NCBI GenBank assembly: GCA_030265395.1
Contig: JARFYF010000036.1
Coordinates: 22,594,386-22,658,385, forward strand
Direction of reading: 5' to 3'
Source: Rhina ancylostomus
Taxonomy: Eukaryota
DNA: 64,000 nt
A program made the translations under genes and the position numbers. The notes below the pieces were generated by a model, which saw only the letters and a list, made by a program, of their open reading frames with translations, was not told the DNA's origin and made no database searches. Each line of letters opens with the position of its first letter. Position 1 is the stretch's first letter. Of the stretch, positions 1-12,100 are shown piece after piece.

Positions 1-1094
1 TATGCATTTCATTATCAGAATAATTGTTAATTACATGCTTCTCTTGAAATTTTGACTAATTAAAGCCAGGATTTCCTTTTAATTATTTTTTAAAAGTTCT
101 GCTGATTAGCTGCAAACCCTCCAGTTTATCATTGTTGAATATTTAGGAACCAAATTAGTTAATTCCTTAAAACAGGTATTTGGGCTGTGGAAGATTTCTG
201 TAGCTCAACCTTTTTTTTACAGAAAATCCAACAGGGCCTCAGAGAAATAGATTCGGCTTCCACATATAGTTCTCGCTGAGCTTGACTGGACCTGGCTACC
301 TCAGCCTGTGTTTGAGATACTGTTTCATATTCTTCATTAATATTGTATTATTAGCTTTTGACTTTCTATTTGTTCATCTAGGAAAGAGAGAACTGCTGTG
401 CAGTTTTACCAATTAATAGCTTACAATTATTTCAAATCAATCATTTTGCAGATATGATTTATATATGCATTTAAATTCATTCAGAAGATCAAGCAAGTAA
501 TGACTTTTACTTCATGTACAAATCATTTGCTATTTAAATATTTATTAGTCATTTGAAATTGAAGTTTTGATAGTCCATTGTGTCATAAATGGATGGCTGC
601 TCTGTATGAATACATTGATTTGCTTATTTTTTGTTATTGGCTGGTCTCTTGTCTGGAACCCATTCACCCAATGAAGTACAATTAAAATGCATGCAACTTT
701 AAACACTGATAATACACAAGGACAAAATTGCACTCAAAGCTTATTTAACTGTTCATTCTTATTTCAGGTTAGGCAAGTTACTTGTTCACAGCACCATCCC
801 TTGGCCTTATAAAGTTATAACTGTTATTACAAGAATAACTTGATCATATTGCAGAACCGCAACAGCTAAACCTTCATTTATATTTGAGAGGTCAGTGCAT
901 TATAGAAGATTCAATTTATAGCACTGTCTCGCTGGAGAACATAAATTACAACTTGATTACTGACCATGAATATTAAGTCTTCTAAACAACATCTTTGATT
1001 GTGCTCACCTGCAAGTTTGCAAAGATAAGAAACACAGATTTTATTTTTCAATTAATTTACAATGAAAAATACTCGAATAGAAGCATTTCTTCCT

Positions 1095-2640
1095 TTTATT
1101 TTATTTTTTATTACAAGTAATAATGACACATTAAAGATTAAAATTGAGGCAATATTATATGCAACCAATCCTTGAGAAATCTGCAACACATAATTTCAAT
1201 GGCAAAATTTGAAATTTGCCCAAGGTCTTTGCCCACACTGTTGAGGGCATCACTGAGACAAAATATGACAGGCTGATATCAGTCACTTTAGCTTTCAGAA
1301 AGGTTTTGCCTGGTCCCAGCCTTGCCAAGGAGCCTTTGGTCACAGAACGGTTGGCCCAAAATTNNNNNNNNNNNNNNNNNNNNNNNNNNNNNNNNNNNNN
1401 NNNNNNNNNNNNNNNNNNNNNNNNNNNNNNNNNNNNNNNNNNNNNNNNNNNNNNNNNNNNNNNTTGTGAGATTTATTTTGTTACATGTTTCCTTCTGTGA
1501 CAAGAGGAGCAGTGGCTTTCCTCCAGTTCCCACAAAGATAACGAGCCATTCATTTGCTCTGGAGTTCTCTTTATCAATCAGGACCCCTGGAAGTTCCCCC
1601 AGCCTTCTTGCCTTTGAAAGGGATAAACTCCCTGGGTTATTTTATCAGGAGTCGGAATCAATATGTTTAAATGAAGCCTGGCGATTAAAATGAATGGACT
1701 CTTGCATCTCATCCCATGCTGACACATTGGTCAATTGGGCTTCTGTGACTGATCCATTAATTTACCATCACTCTGCAAGGTGCATCTAAAACTTTGATGG
1801 ATTTGACATCTGCAACCCTGTGGATATGCATTAGTAAAAACTCTTAGTAGGACAAAATCCCAGCTAAATCCAAGAAAAAAAATCATTGTTTAGGGAGGAT
1901 GTGTGCAGATCTTCCTCTCACACACCAATATCAATTGATTTGGCCAGGGATATTTTCAAGGCCTCTGCATTTAACTTCAGAGGTCAATCTCTCTTTACAC
2001 TTTTAAGATTGTTCCTTGAAGTACTTACTCAGGGTAGTCATAATGTGAGGAATGTCTTGGAAATATAATAAAGATTTTTCTTCTCCAGTGATGTCAAGGA
2101 TGGAGATGGAAGTAAGGGTTCTGAATATTGTGTCAGTGAAGTCAGGACTTCACTGAAAATGTACAACTGTGTCTGACTAGTTATTTTGTATTATTAATAA
2201 AGGAAAATAAAGGAACACTAGCACCTATAGCAAGTCTTTTACAAAGGAAAGGAACTATGTTTTCTTGCTGAGGATAGTAGAGCTGGGAATTAGGCACATC
2301 AATGTTGTGGAAGGAAGAGAAAAAGCATTCTTTCTGATTTTGAAAGAAACTGGTTAAAACTAAATTCTGCCAGCTCCTTGTTCAAATAAGCATGGATTAT
2401 TTTCTATGGCGACTTGAAGACTTGGAACAGAGCCTTTTTTTTAGGTCATAATGACCTTAGAGCTTCCTATCTGGCTTGGCTCCAACTTCCTTGCAATGGG
2501 TTGAGAGGGAGGAGAAGTTATTTACTTCTGGTTGAGTGTCACATTCCAACAAAGGTTACGGTGGTTGCCAGTGAAATAGCTGAGTTTATACAGAGATGCT
2601 TAACTGGATCTGCAAAATTTACATATCAAGTCCCTTAGGA
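1095..2640 (-). mobile_element. Heavily decayed L1/Tx1-clade LINE ORF2 remnant
   Basis: The minus strand near 1930-1985 reads *PLKLNAEALKISLAKSI, resembling RPISLLNADYKILAKVI. A QG-like motif lies near 1625-1640, and an AATAAA/A-rich tail at ~1100. Confidence 0.4.
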
Positions 2641-2756
2641 TTCGATTGATTTGAAGAAAATTAGCAATATCCATTAACAGTAGCTGTTGCTATAATCTAT
2701 GCTTCACAATCACGAGGGTTATACAAAAAAATATATAAATATACATCAAAAACAGA

Positions 2757-2762
2757 TTTAAT
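2757..2762 (-). terminator. Candidate proximal polyadenylation signal ATTAAA
   Basis: ATTAAA on the minus strand ~225 nt after the stop codon, followed by U/GU-rich sequence. AATAAA alternatives occur at ~1095-1105 and 541-546. Confidence 0.35.
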
Positions 2763-2987
2763 ATAGGTGAAATGTTTTCCAGCAATAGAATATCAACATA
2801 GAAATTACAATCAAAGTTAACAATGGAAAAATATTAACATACTTAAATGAGATTTAAATTAAATGATAACTAAGTTTTGTCTGCTAAGATCCTCAACGCT
2901 GATTTCTAGGCTATGGTATTTGAAACTATTTTGATTTCTGAGAATACATAAAAGAAATCAACAAGCAGCTTTTTGAACAACCACACA

Positions 2988-3113
2988 TCATTCAACCATT
3001 TCCATAACTTCCATCACCAGTGTTCGAGGTCCAGTCATGATTATGTTGCTGACTGTTTTGTAGTCCAATTGCATTACATGCATGCTGTTCACAGAAACAA
3101 CAAACTGCCTGAC
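2988..3113 (-). CDS. DEPTOR: DEPTOR-family exon 9 coding part ([41 protein letters not shown])
   Basis: Lies inside ORF 2988..3182. Acceptor ttctataccag. TGA stop. C-terminal half of the PDZ domain. Confidence 0.95.
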   Translation of the reverse strand, partial: VRQFVVSVNSMHVMQLDYKTVSNIIMTGPRTLVMEVMEMVE

Positions 3114-6100
3114 CTGGTATAGAACAGAAAATATATTTTTAAAGTATGCACAAATGAATGCAATATTAACACTGCGTGACACCTTTCAAGTTGCAGCACT
3201 AAGTTTACTCATCACCCCTCTCCATGTAAAACTTTTGCCTGAAAATGGCAACTGCTAACAGATTTCTCTTTTTTCTGGTTTCAAATCAACAATATTTTCC
3301 CCTGAAAGTAGGTGGATGTGGGAGATGGAAGGGGTGCATGTCTTATGTAGAGCACTTAGGTTTTAAATAAACCAGCTAAGTAAATATTTCACATTTTAAT
3401 CAGATTAAAAAATGACTATCACAAAGTTTTAATAATGAAATGCAAGTTAGAGTAGCAAATTCAATTTGAAATGAGGTGCAGAAGTTAAAATAGTAGTGAA
3501 AGAAAGACAGGATTCAGTGGGAGAGCGAAAAAAGGACAAAAAGTGCAAGGATTGAAACCCGAAGAGATGAGACACCATGCCAGTAATAGTTCACTTAAGG
3601 TTCTAGAGATAAGCACATTACACTCACTGTTATAATAATATTATTACCGTTAATTAAACTGACATCTATTCACATAGCGAGCAAAGTACATCAAAAATAC
3701 CCTCCAATTTGTAGAAGTAAACCACTAATTTAGGTTTAAAATAACCACCATTCATCAAATGTTTAGCTTCTTCAAACTCAATAGGATGCCTCTGATTTGA
3801 AATAGGTGAGTAAATTTTAGAATCATCTGCAATTTGTCACCATGCCTTGAAAAAGTTGCCTGATAATCTATAAACAATGGTACAAAGTACATATTCTCAC
3901 ATTTTTGTATATTATATTTGTTAACTAAGAATAGTTTTGACCTCCTGATTTGGGATCAGAAACCCAGGAGACAAATCTTTGGCTGATTTTGATTAGAATC
4001 CAATGGAATTTTCTTGTGATGTGGCTGATTCTCTAATGTTATTCATTTTGTTTTATACTTTCATTTCAACCTAGCAGTATATTGAAATAGAATTTTGGAA
4101 TTATATTTTGCCTTCTCATTGAAAAACATAAATAAACATAGACTCATATTATAACAATATAGAAATTGGAACTTTTTTGTGTTGGGTTGTTTTCCCACAC
4201 TGTGTGGGATCCTTAGCCATATGTCGTTACAATATAATTGATACTTAGTACACATGTTCATTAAAGACTATTAAGAAATTCAGTCAGAACTGAGTGAGAA
4301 TACTTAACTGTCAAAAAAACTTATTTCTTGAGCTACGAGACAAAAATGTTCTGAGAACATCAATAAATATTACATTCTTTAAAATCAAAAGGATGTTAGA
4401 CTTCAAGTTTTTCACAAAACAAAATCCTTGCTCATTGCGCAGAAATAAAGCTGGTGATAGTTTAGGTTGTTTAAGATAATAAACAGAATGTCATTAAGTT
4501 ATGTGGTTATCTTTATATTATAGACAAAAGAGACTGCAAATGCTGGAATCTGGAACAAAACACTGGAAGAACTCAAAACCTGATTACTTCCAACATTCTG
4601 ATCTTTATACTATAGTTTGTAAACAGCACCAATCAAAGATAAGTTTATCCAGGAAAGCAGAGTGCCATGAATGTTGATGAGTGTGGTCCATGGTGAAGAG
4701 TCTTTGTGCTACAGTCCCAGGAAAATTATGCTGTTGCTTTAAGCAATGGTGCAAGTCACTCACACTATTGTTGTATGGAAATACAACCATTGTAAACTTG
4801 CTGTAGATGATGCCACTACTAGGTTCAAGATTTCAAGGGAGTTTGGGGTCCACTGAAAAAATGAACGAAGGTTATTCTTCTGTGCAGTTATCCAAGGCTC
4901 ACAGTAGAAGATAGCTTTCCCAACAAAATGTTCTTTCCCCACTTCCAACTTTCCCTGATGTCACCTTTGGATCTTTAGCACTAAAAGTTTAAGATATCAT
5001 ATTCAAGAAACACTAAACTGATATTTAAAAAAAGATTAAAGTAAAAAGAATATAATCTTAAATACAAACTGTTGGACTCTCTACTAGCCAAAGGGTTAGT
5101 AGAGATTGCCTGCTATCTGCAGTGATTACATTAGCACATTCCATCCCTGCACATTGCGGTACGGGAGTACAAAATGCAATGGAGGTTTGTCTCATGAACT
5201 GTCCCGGACTCACTATTGGGTGCAGTTGCATTCTATAACAATCTAAGCTGTGAGGACGAATATACTTCATATCTGGCCGAATATACTTCATATCTGGCCC
5301 CTCAGCTTCATAGGATAGCTGGCACATCTAGCTTGGACTGAGTCATCTGGGTTGGGCTGCCAACTTCATTAAGTAGGCAAGTAAGAGTACATATATCCTT
5401 TGACTTTATTTTAATTCTTAGTGAATTTACCATTTTATTTTTTGAGTTAACTTTTAAATTTTTTTTGACTGCTTCCAAAATTTTATGCGCATCAGATATA
5501 TTTGAAGTAGAAAAAAGAAGTGCTTCTTCCAGCACAGTCAGAGGATATGAGGGGCAGTCTGTAGGCAGGACCTCTGTTTCTGCTGCCTGTGTCCTAGTCA
5601 CAATTCACAGTCGAGAAAAGGTTAACGCAGACACTGAGGCCATCCATAATTCTGCCAATTAAATACAATAACTGAAAGCAGCAGTAACAAACTTCTGGCA
5701 GCAGAGGGTGCAACAGACAGCACATGCAGAGATGCACGCTGAAATGGATTATAAATCAACTGAAATTTGCTTTGGAAGATCAGAGATGTTGCAAAAAAAA
5801 ATCACAATAAAATAAAATATAATATTTTTAGTATCACTGACATTTAATTTGTCCTACAAAAGATACAATGAGTTGCAAGAATGTGAAATCCATCTTAAGT
5901 AATTATTAAGCTGAGCCAAGAACATTTAGCACAGAATTAAATGAATATTTGTGTTTAAGTATAGAGTTTCTAGCTTTTTTTTAGACAATTAGCATTGGCA
6001 TGATGCCCAAATAGCCTCCTTTTGAATTGTAATTTCTGTGTTTGACAAAATGATAAACACTTCTTTTAGTTTGCAGAAATATATTTTCTTCGTGTATTTT

Positions 6101-9100
6101 AATTTTGACTTTCCTTCATAATTCTGTAAAGCTGGTGGTCTTTACCTGCTGCTGTATTGACCAAAGTTTTGTAATATTTTTAATTCATGCTTGCTATTTT
6201 TCCTCTAAGCTATTTTTATATTTCTCCATCTTCCATCACTTTCACCCACCTTTTACTATCAGTTGATTATATAGGAGACTAAGGAAAAATCTGCATGAAT
6301 CTGGAAGTCAAACCATTTTATAAATCAAACAACTTTTGTAAAACATGTTAAGATGATGAACTTGCCATCTTTCTTAACATCTAGCTGCTTGTCGTATTCT
6401 TGCGGTATCTAAGTTATGAATGAGTTTTTCAAAAGATTGACCACTTCAATTGAAACAGGGTTTCATAGCTTTGCCAAAACAAAAAGTTCCAAATTGAATT
6501 GTCCCCATCAGAATCAGGTCTCTGCCCCATAAAACAGGTACAACAATATTGAGTATACACCTCGCTAGATTTTCAATTCCTTTTTAGTTCCATATTCCCT
6601 ACGGAAAGGAACCATCAATTACAACAAGAATGGAAAAAGCCAACTTCACAACTCTGCTCACACACAGGTGTAAATCATTTGTCATGTTTTGTACAGCCCT
6701 GCCAAACTCTGATGTAGCAAAAAAGACACCAGTCAATCTCATGAAAANNNNNNNNNNNNNNNNNNNNNNNNNNNNNNNNNNNNACGTCCATATAAACAGA
6801 ATACAATGCACATGAATGGAATTTTTAATTTACTTTATATGGATGGATATACAGTCATTGGAATTATTGGGCCGCTCAATCTGGCCCGAACTGTGCTCAC
6901 CCCAAACAAATCCCCACCCATTCTGCATTCATCCATCACCCCTCACCAAACTGCCTGCCTCATTGCTCCCATGCTTTTCCTGCATCAGAAAGTGCCTTTT
7001 GTGAACTCATTGAAATGAAAGCCTTATTGCCATGACTGTTCATTAGACACCCCATAAGAGTCATAGGCAGCAGATCCTGAGACCCCATCCCAACTGGCCT
7101 GATAATCTTTTGACCATTCGCCCTTGTCAAAGGTGAAAAGTTTAAATCTACAACTACAGCTCAAATAGATTTAAATCCTTAAAAATATAAAAATCAATAA
7201 AAAAGCTAAAAGGACATCAAGGTATTAACAATTAAATAAAAACAAAGGTAAAATTAGAATAAAAATAAACAAACCACTTACCTGCACTTGGTTTTTCAAA
7301 CAGGTTTGGTATATGGGGTTACACTGGAAACACAAGCCATGGTGAAGTGTATCCAGCCTCTCAACTCAGGATGTTTGTGTCCCACGCTCAGGGTTCAATG
7401 CTGAATATGGCATTGTTTTCTCACCTCTAGCTTGCCTCTGACTTCCACATTGGAAGAGGTCTGGAGGTTGGAGACAAGGTGACCCACAAGGAGGATGTTG
7501 CTGGTGTTCTCCACAGGTCCACCAGCAAAAAATAAGTTTAATTAAAAAGACTTAAATTTCTGTAGCACCTTGCTTGACCTCAGGATATGCCAAAGCACTC
7601 TATAGTCAATGGAGTACTCTTGAAATGTGGTCATCTTTAACATACAAGAAACCCTATGAAACTATTCATGATATTTAATAAAAAATCTTTAGCCTTACAC
7701 TTTAAGTACCAGCCTTTGAATAATTGATGAAACTCAGAAGATATGCATAATGACCAGACAGTAGATTATTTAAGAAGTTGGTTAATTTTAATTTTGCTGT
7801 AACATAATCAAACAAGAAAAATCTATATTTGACCACTAGTAGATAAAGCCTAGTACAGGTTTTTACTTGTTTAAAGGTCAAAGCCTGAAGCCTGGTAGTA
7901 AAATAATAGTTTTAGTATATATATTGTTGTATGCTCTACTAGTCTGGCTCACTCTAGTTAATACTAGATTGAATCAGGGCAACAGACAGCCTTTGGCACA
8001 ATTTGTATTAGTTTTGCCTTCAATAAACGCAGTTTTCCATCTGGTTAAAATGATCCATGCCCTTTCTTATCCTCATTTTGATATTCTTGTTAAAAGGTTT
8101 AATTATTCTGATTTGGTGATAAGAATAATGGTGAGACTATCAAGCACTCAGTGTCATGGAGTATAATTAGACAGTTATTTTTGTAGTTCAATGCACAAAT
8201 ATGGAAGTTGCTGTCCAACATACCCTGCTCCTTCACAAACTGTGCTACACTGATATGGTGATAGATTGACATGCAGCACCCACATCAACATTAGGGCGTG
8301 AAGCTGCTGTATTTACCTACACAGCATGCCAAAAGTGGTTAAAGTTTATGCATTCAAATCTAATTGAATTTTTTAAAATTGTGGGTTGTTTTAATTACCT
8401 CCAAACAACTCTGGCATCAAAAACCTGACTTTGTAGTATCTATTCCATTTGAATATAATTATTGGAGATTTTCTAAATAGTAGGAAATACTTATTTTCCT
8501 TTCTTCCCTTATCTTTCCCTTACTCCCACATTTCCTTTATTTTGCTGTTTCTAGTTATTTATTTTTAGCTTCATAAATGGGATACAGGCATCACTACCAG
8601 GGCCAGCATTTATTACTTATCATGGGTTTCCTCCCACATTCCAAAGACATACAGGTTAGGAAGTTGTGGGCGTGCTAATGTTGGTACCGGAAGTGTGGCA
8701 ACACTTGCGGGCTGCCCCCAGAACACTACGCAAAAAGATGTATTTCACTGTGTGTTTCGATGTACATGTGACTAATAAAGANNNNNNNNNNNNNNNNNNN
8801 NNNNNNNNNNNNNNNNNNNNNNNNNNNNNNNNNNNNNNNNNNNNNNNNNNNNNNNNNNNNNNNNNNNNNNNNNNNNNNNNNNNNNNNNNNGCTCCTAGTT
8901 GCTTAGAGTAGGTTTACTCTAGAGCAGTCCTGTGTTCTCTATTCCTTTGTGAAGATCCAGTTTGTGTCTGGGTTCCTCTTCTGATCTCCGAGGCAAGATT
9001 CCTTCCAGTTGCTGCCTGCATTTGTCCTGTGGAAGTATCCTGACTCCAGTCTTGTATCAGTGTGCTGCATTTGGGGTTCTCTGAGTTTGCTCAACATTGT

Positions 9101-12100
9101 GACACACCCATTGAGAGAGTGAATGTTTGTGGTGACAAATAGGGTGCCAATCAAACAAGCTACACTGTTACTTGTATTTTCTTGGAGCCACACTCGTCTA
9201 AGCAAATGTAAAATATCTCAAACTCCCAATGTCTTTTTGTAGATATTGGAAAGGTTTTACACTTCAGGCAGTGACCTCCGACCTATTCTTGTAGCTATTT
9301 TATTCATCTAGATGATGTTTCCGGTTAAATGTTGATGGTAATGCCATTAATGATCAAGGGGTAATGGTAGACTTTCTCTTGATGGAGCTGTGCAATGCTT
9401 GGCACCTCTGTGGAACAAATGTTACTTGCCATTTACTAATTCGTATTGCATTTTACCTCATTCATACTTTAGCTTCTGAGCAGCTGTAACTAGAATTGAG
9501 TACTGTGCAATCATCAGCAAATATTGCCTTGTCTGATCTGATGAAAGGAAGCATTTATGAAGCAGCTGAAGACAGCAGTGATAAGGTCACTGCCCCAAGA
9601 AACTCCTGCAGTAATATTTGGGGTTGAGATGAAAGACATCCAACATCACAACCATCTTCCTGAGGTGCAACTCCAAGCTATGGAGAGTTTTCCCGTCATA
9701 TTTGTGATTCCTCATGCTGATTGGTTGAGGAGAAACTTTCTTCTGCTCAACAGGCACGAGTTCTGTGAAGTGGACATCAAATGACAGCCAATTACTATTT
9801 AGAACTTTGCAAAACATGTGTGGACTATGAAAAGCTATAACCAGAAAATCTGGGCCAATGTTTCGTTATCACATTTTTATTGGGTGTCTTTAGATCCAAT
9901 TTTCCTTCCAGAGCTGGTGCTGGATTATTACTGCCCAACCAATCTCCAAATCAATGGATAACAATAATTGCACAACTTCAAAATCAGGCACTTTCAGTCT
10001 TTTGATGCTTTAAATTTGGTTCACTGGGACATTTCTCATTAATCTACTGTTATTGATGTCAGGTTATTTGTGCAAGGTTTTGAAAGAAGTTTTCACATCG
10101 ATATAAGAAATATCCTGGTACTTTAACTACTTGTAGTTTTGCAAGGCTCTTTCTTTTGATGCAGCTATATCAAGTTAGATTTGGCACTCCATAAATAAAG
10201 TGCACGTGAAGTACTTCCATTGAAAATTCAGAGATTTCATTTTTGTTCAGTTTTTCTCCCAATGAAGATAATTCTTGCTAATCTCTCACTTCTCATCCAT
10301 GTTGCCAATATTTATGTATGAATCTAAACAAGTTCTGTCAGGCTTACAGGACACTTCACAGCCAAACACAGCCTTGCCTTCAAATGGATATTTCCAGTAA
10401 CAGTAACTTCATAAAGATTGGCGAAAGTATGTTTTAATCATTTTCTGACCATTTTTTGAAAGAAGGTATTTGTAAATGAATTGTATATTTCATGGTGTAC
10501 TTTTAAGTTGAAGGTGATTCCCATAGTTGGTCCTTCCAGCAAATACTATGGAGAATAAGACAAAGTCAGGGCAAATTAGCCATATGTGGAATAGGTATTG
10601 ATAAAATGACTGAAATCTATGGATAATTCAAAATATCTATACCTATTAGAATTGGTATGATCTAATCAATTGAACCCAGCACTTTAATAATAAATCAATT
10701 AATCATGCATTGTCACCAAGGTACAGTGAAAAAACTTTGTTTTGCATGCCATTCATACAGAGCATTTCATCACATCTGTGCATTGAGGTAGTACAAGGGA
10801 AAACAATAACAGAATGCAGAATAATGTGTGTTACAGTTACAGAGAAAGTGCAGGCAAACAATAAGGTGCAAGACCATAACGAGGTATATTGTGAGTTCAA
10901 GAGTCCATCTTATAAGGGATCATTCAATCGTCTTTTAACAGAAGGATAAAAGCTTTCCTTGAGCCTGGTGTTAATGCTTTCAGGCTTTTGTATCTTCTGC
11001 CCAATGGGAGGGGAGGGGGAGGAGAGAGAATGTCCACAGTGGGTGTGGTCCTTGATTATGTTGGCTGCTTTACCGAGGCAGCAAGAAACATAGACAGAGT
11101 CCATGGAGGGGAGGCTAGTTTCTGTGATGTGATGAGCTGTGTCCACAACTCTCTGTAGTTTCTTACGGTCATGGGGTGAGCAGTTGCCGTACCAAGCTGT
11201 GATGTGTCAGGTTAGAATGCTTTCCATGGTGCATCTATAAAGATTGGTGAGGGTCAAAGTGGACATATCAAATTTCTTCAGCCTCCTGAGAAAGTAGAGG
11301 CACTGGTGCATTTTCTTGGCCATGGTGTCAATGTGGTTGGACCAGGCCCAGCTATTGGTGATGTTCACTCCTTGGAGCTTGAAGCTCAAAGCTCTCAACC
11401 CTCTTTATCTCAGTGCCAAAGATGTAAACAGGAATGTGTGCACCANNNNNNNNNNNNNNNNNNNNNNNNNNNNNNNNNNNNNNNNNNNNNNNNNNNNNNN
11501 NNNNNNNNNNNNNNNNNNNNNNNNNNNNNNNNNNNNNNNNNNNNNATCAGTGCCAAAGATGTAAACAGGAATGTGTGCACCACCACCCTTCCTGAAGTCA
11601 ATGATCAGCTCTTTTGTTTTGCTGACATTAAAGGAAAGGTTGTTGTCATAACACCACGTCACTAAGCTCTCTATCTCCTTCCTAGACTCCAACTCACCAT
11701 TATTTGAAATTTGACCTACTACCGTGGAGTCATTTGCACACTTGTAGATGGAATTAGAGCAGAATCTAGCCATGCAGTTGAGAGTGTATGGNNNNNNNNN
11801 NGGGGAGTAGTGTAGGGGGGGGGGGGTCGAGGACATAGCCTTGTGGGGCACCAGTTTGAGGAGTTTGGAGAAAAGTTTGCTTGGAATTATAGTATTGAAG
11901 GCAGAGCTGTAGTCAATAAACAATAATCTAACATAGGTGTGTTTGCTGTCCAGATGCTCCAGAGATGAGTGTAGGGCTGAGGAGATGGCCTCTGACGTGT
12001 CTCGGCAGTAGATTTAGATATGGAAAAGGAGGACAATCAAATGGAAGAGAATTCATTTACTTTATGCCCAGAACTAGCCACAGAAAGTTGTGTAATGAAT

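Noticed and set aside
5308-5601. 97-aa minus-strand ORF in intron 8
   Set aside because: Non-ATG start, no recognisable domain and no convincing splice context.
11409-11584. Identical ~37-bp sequence on both sides of an N gap
   Set aside because: Typical unmerged contig overlap around a placeholder gap, so an assembly artefact rather than a real repeat.
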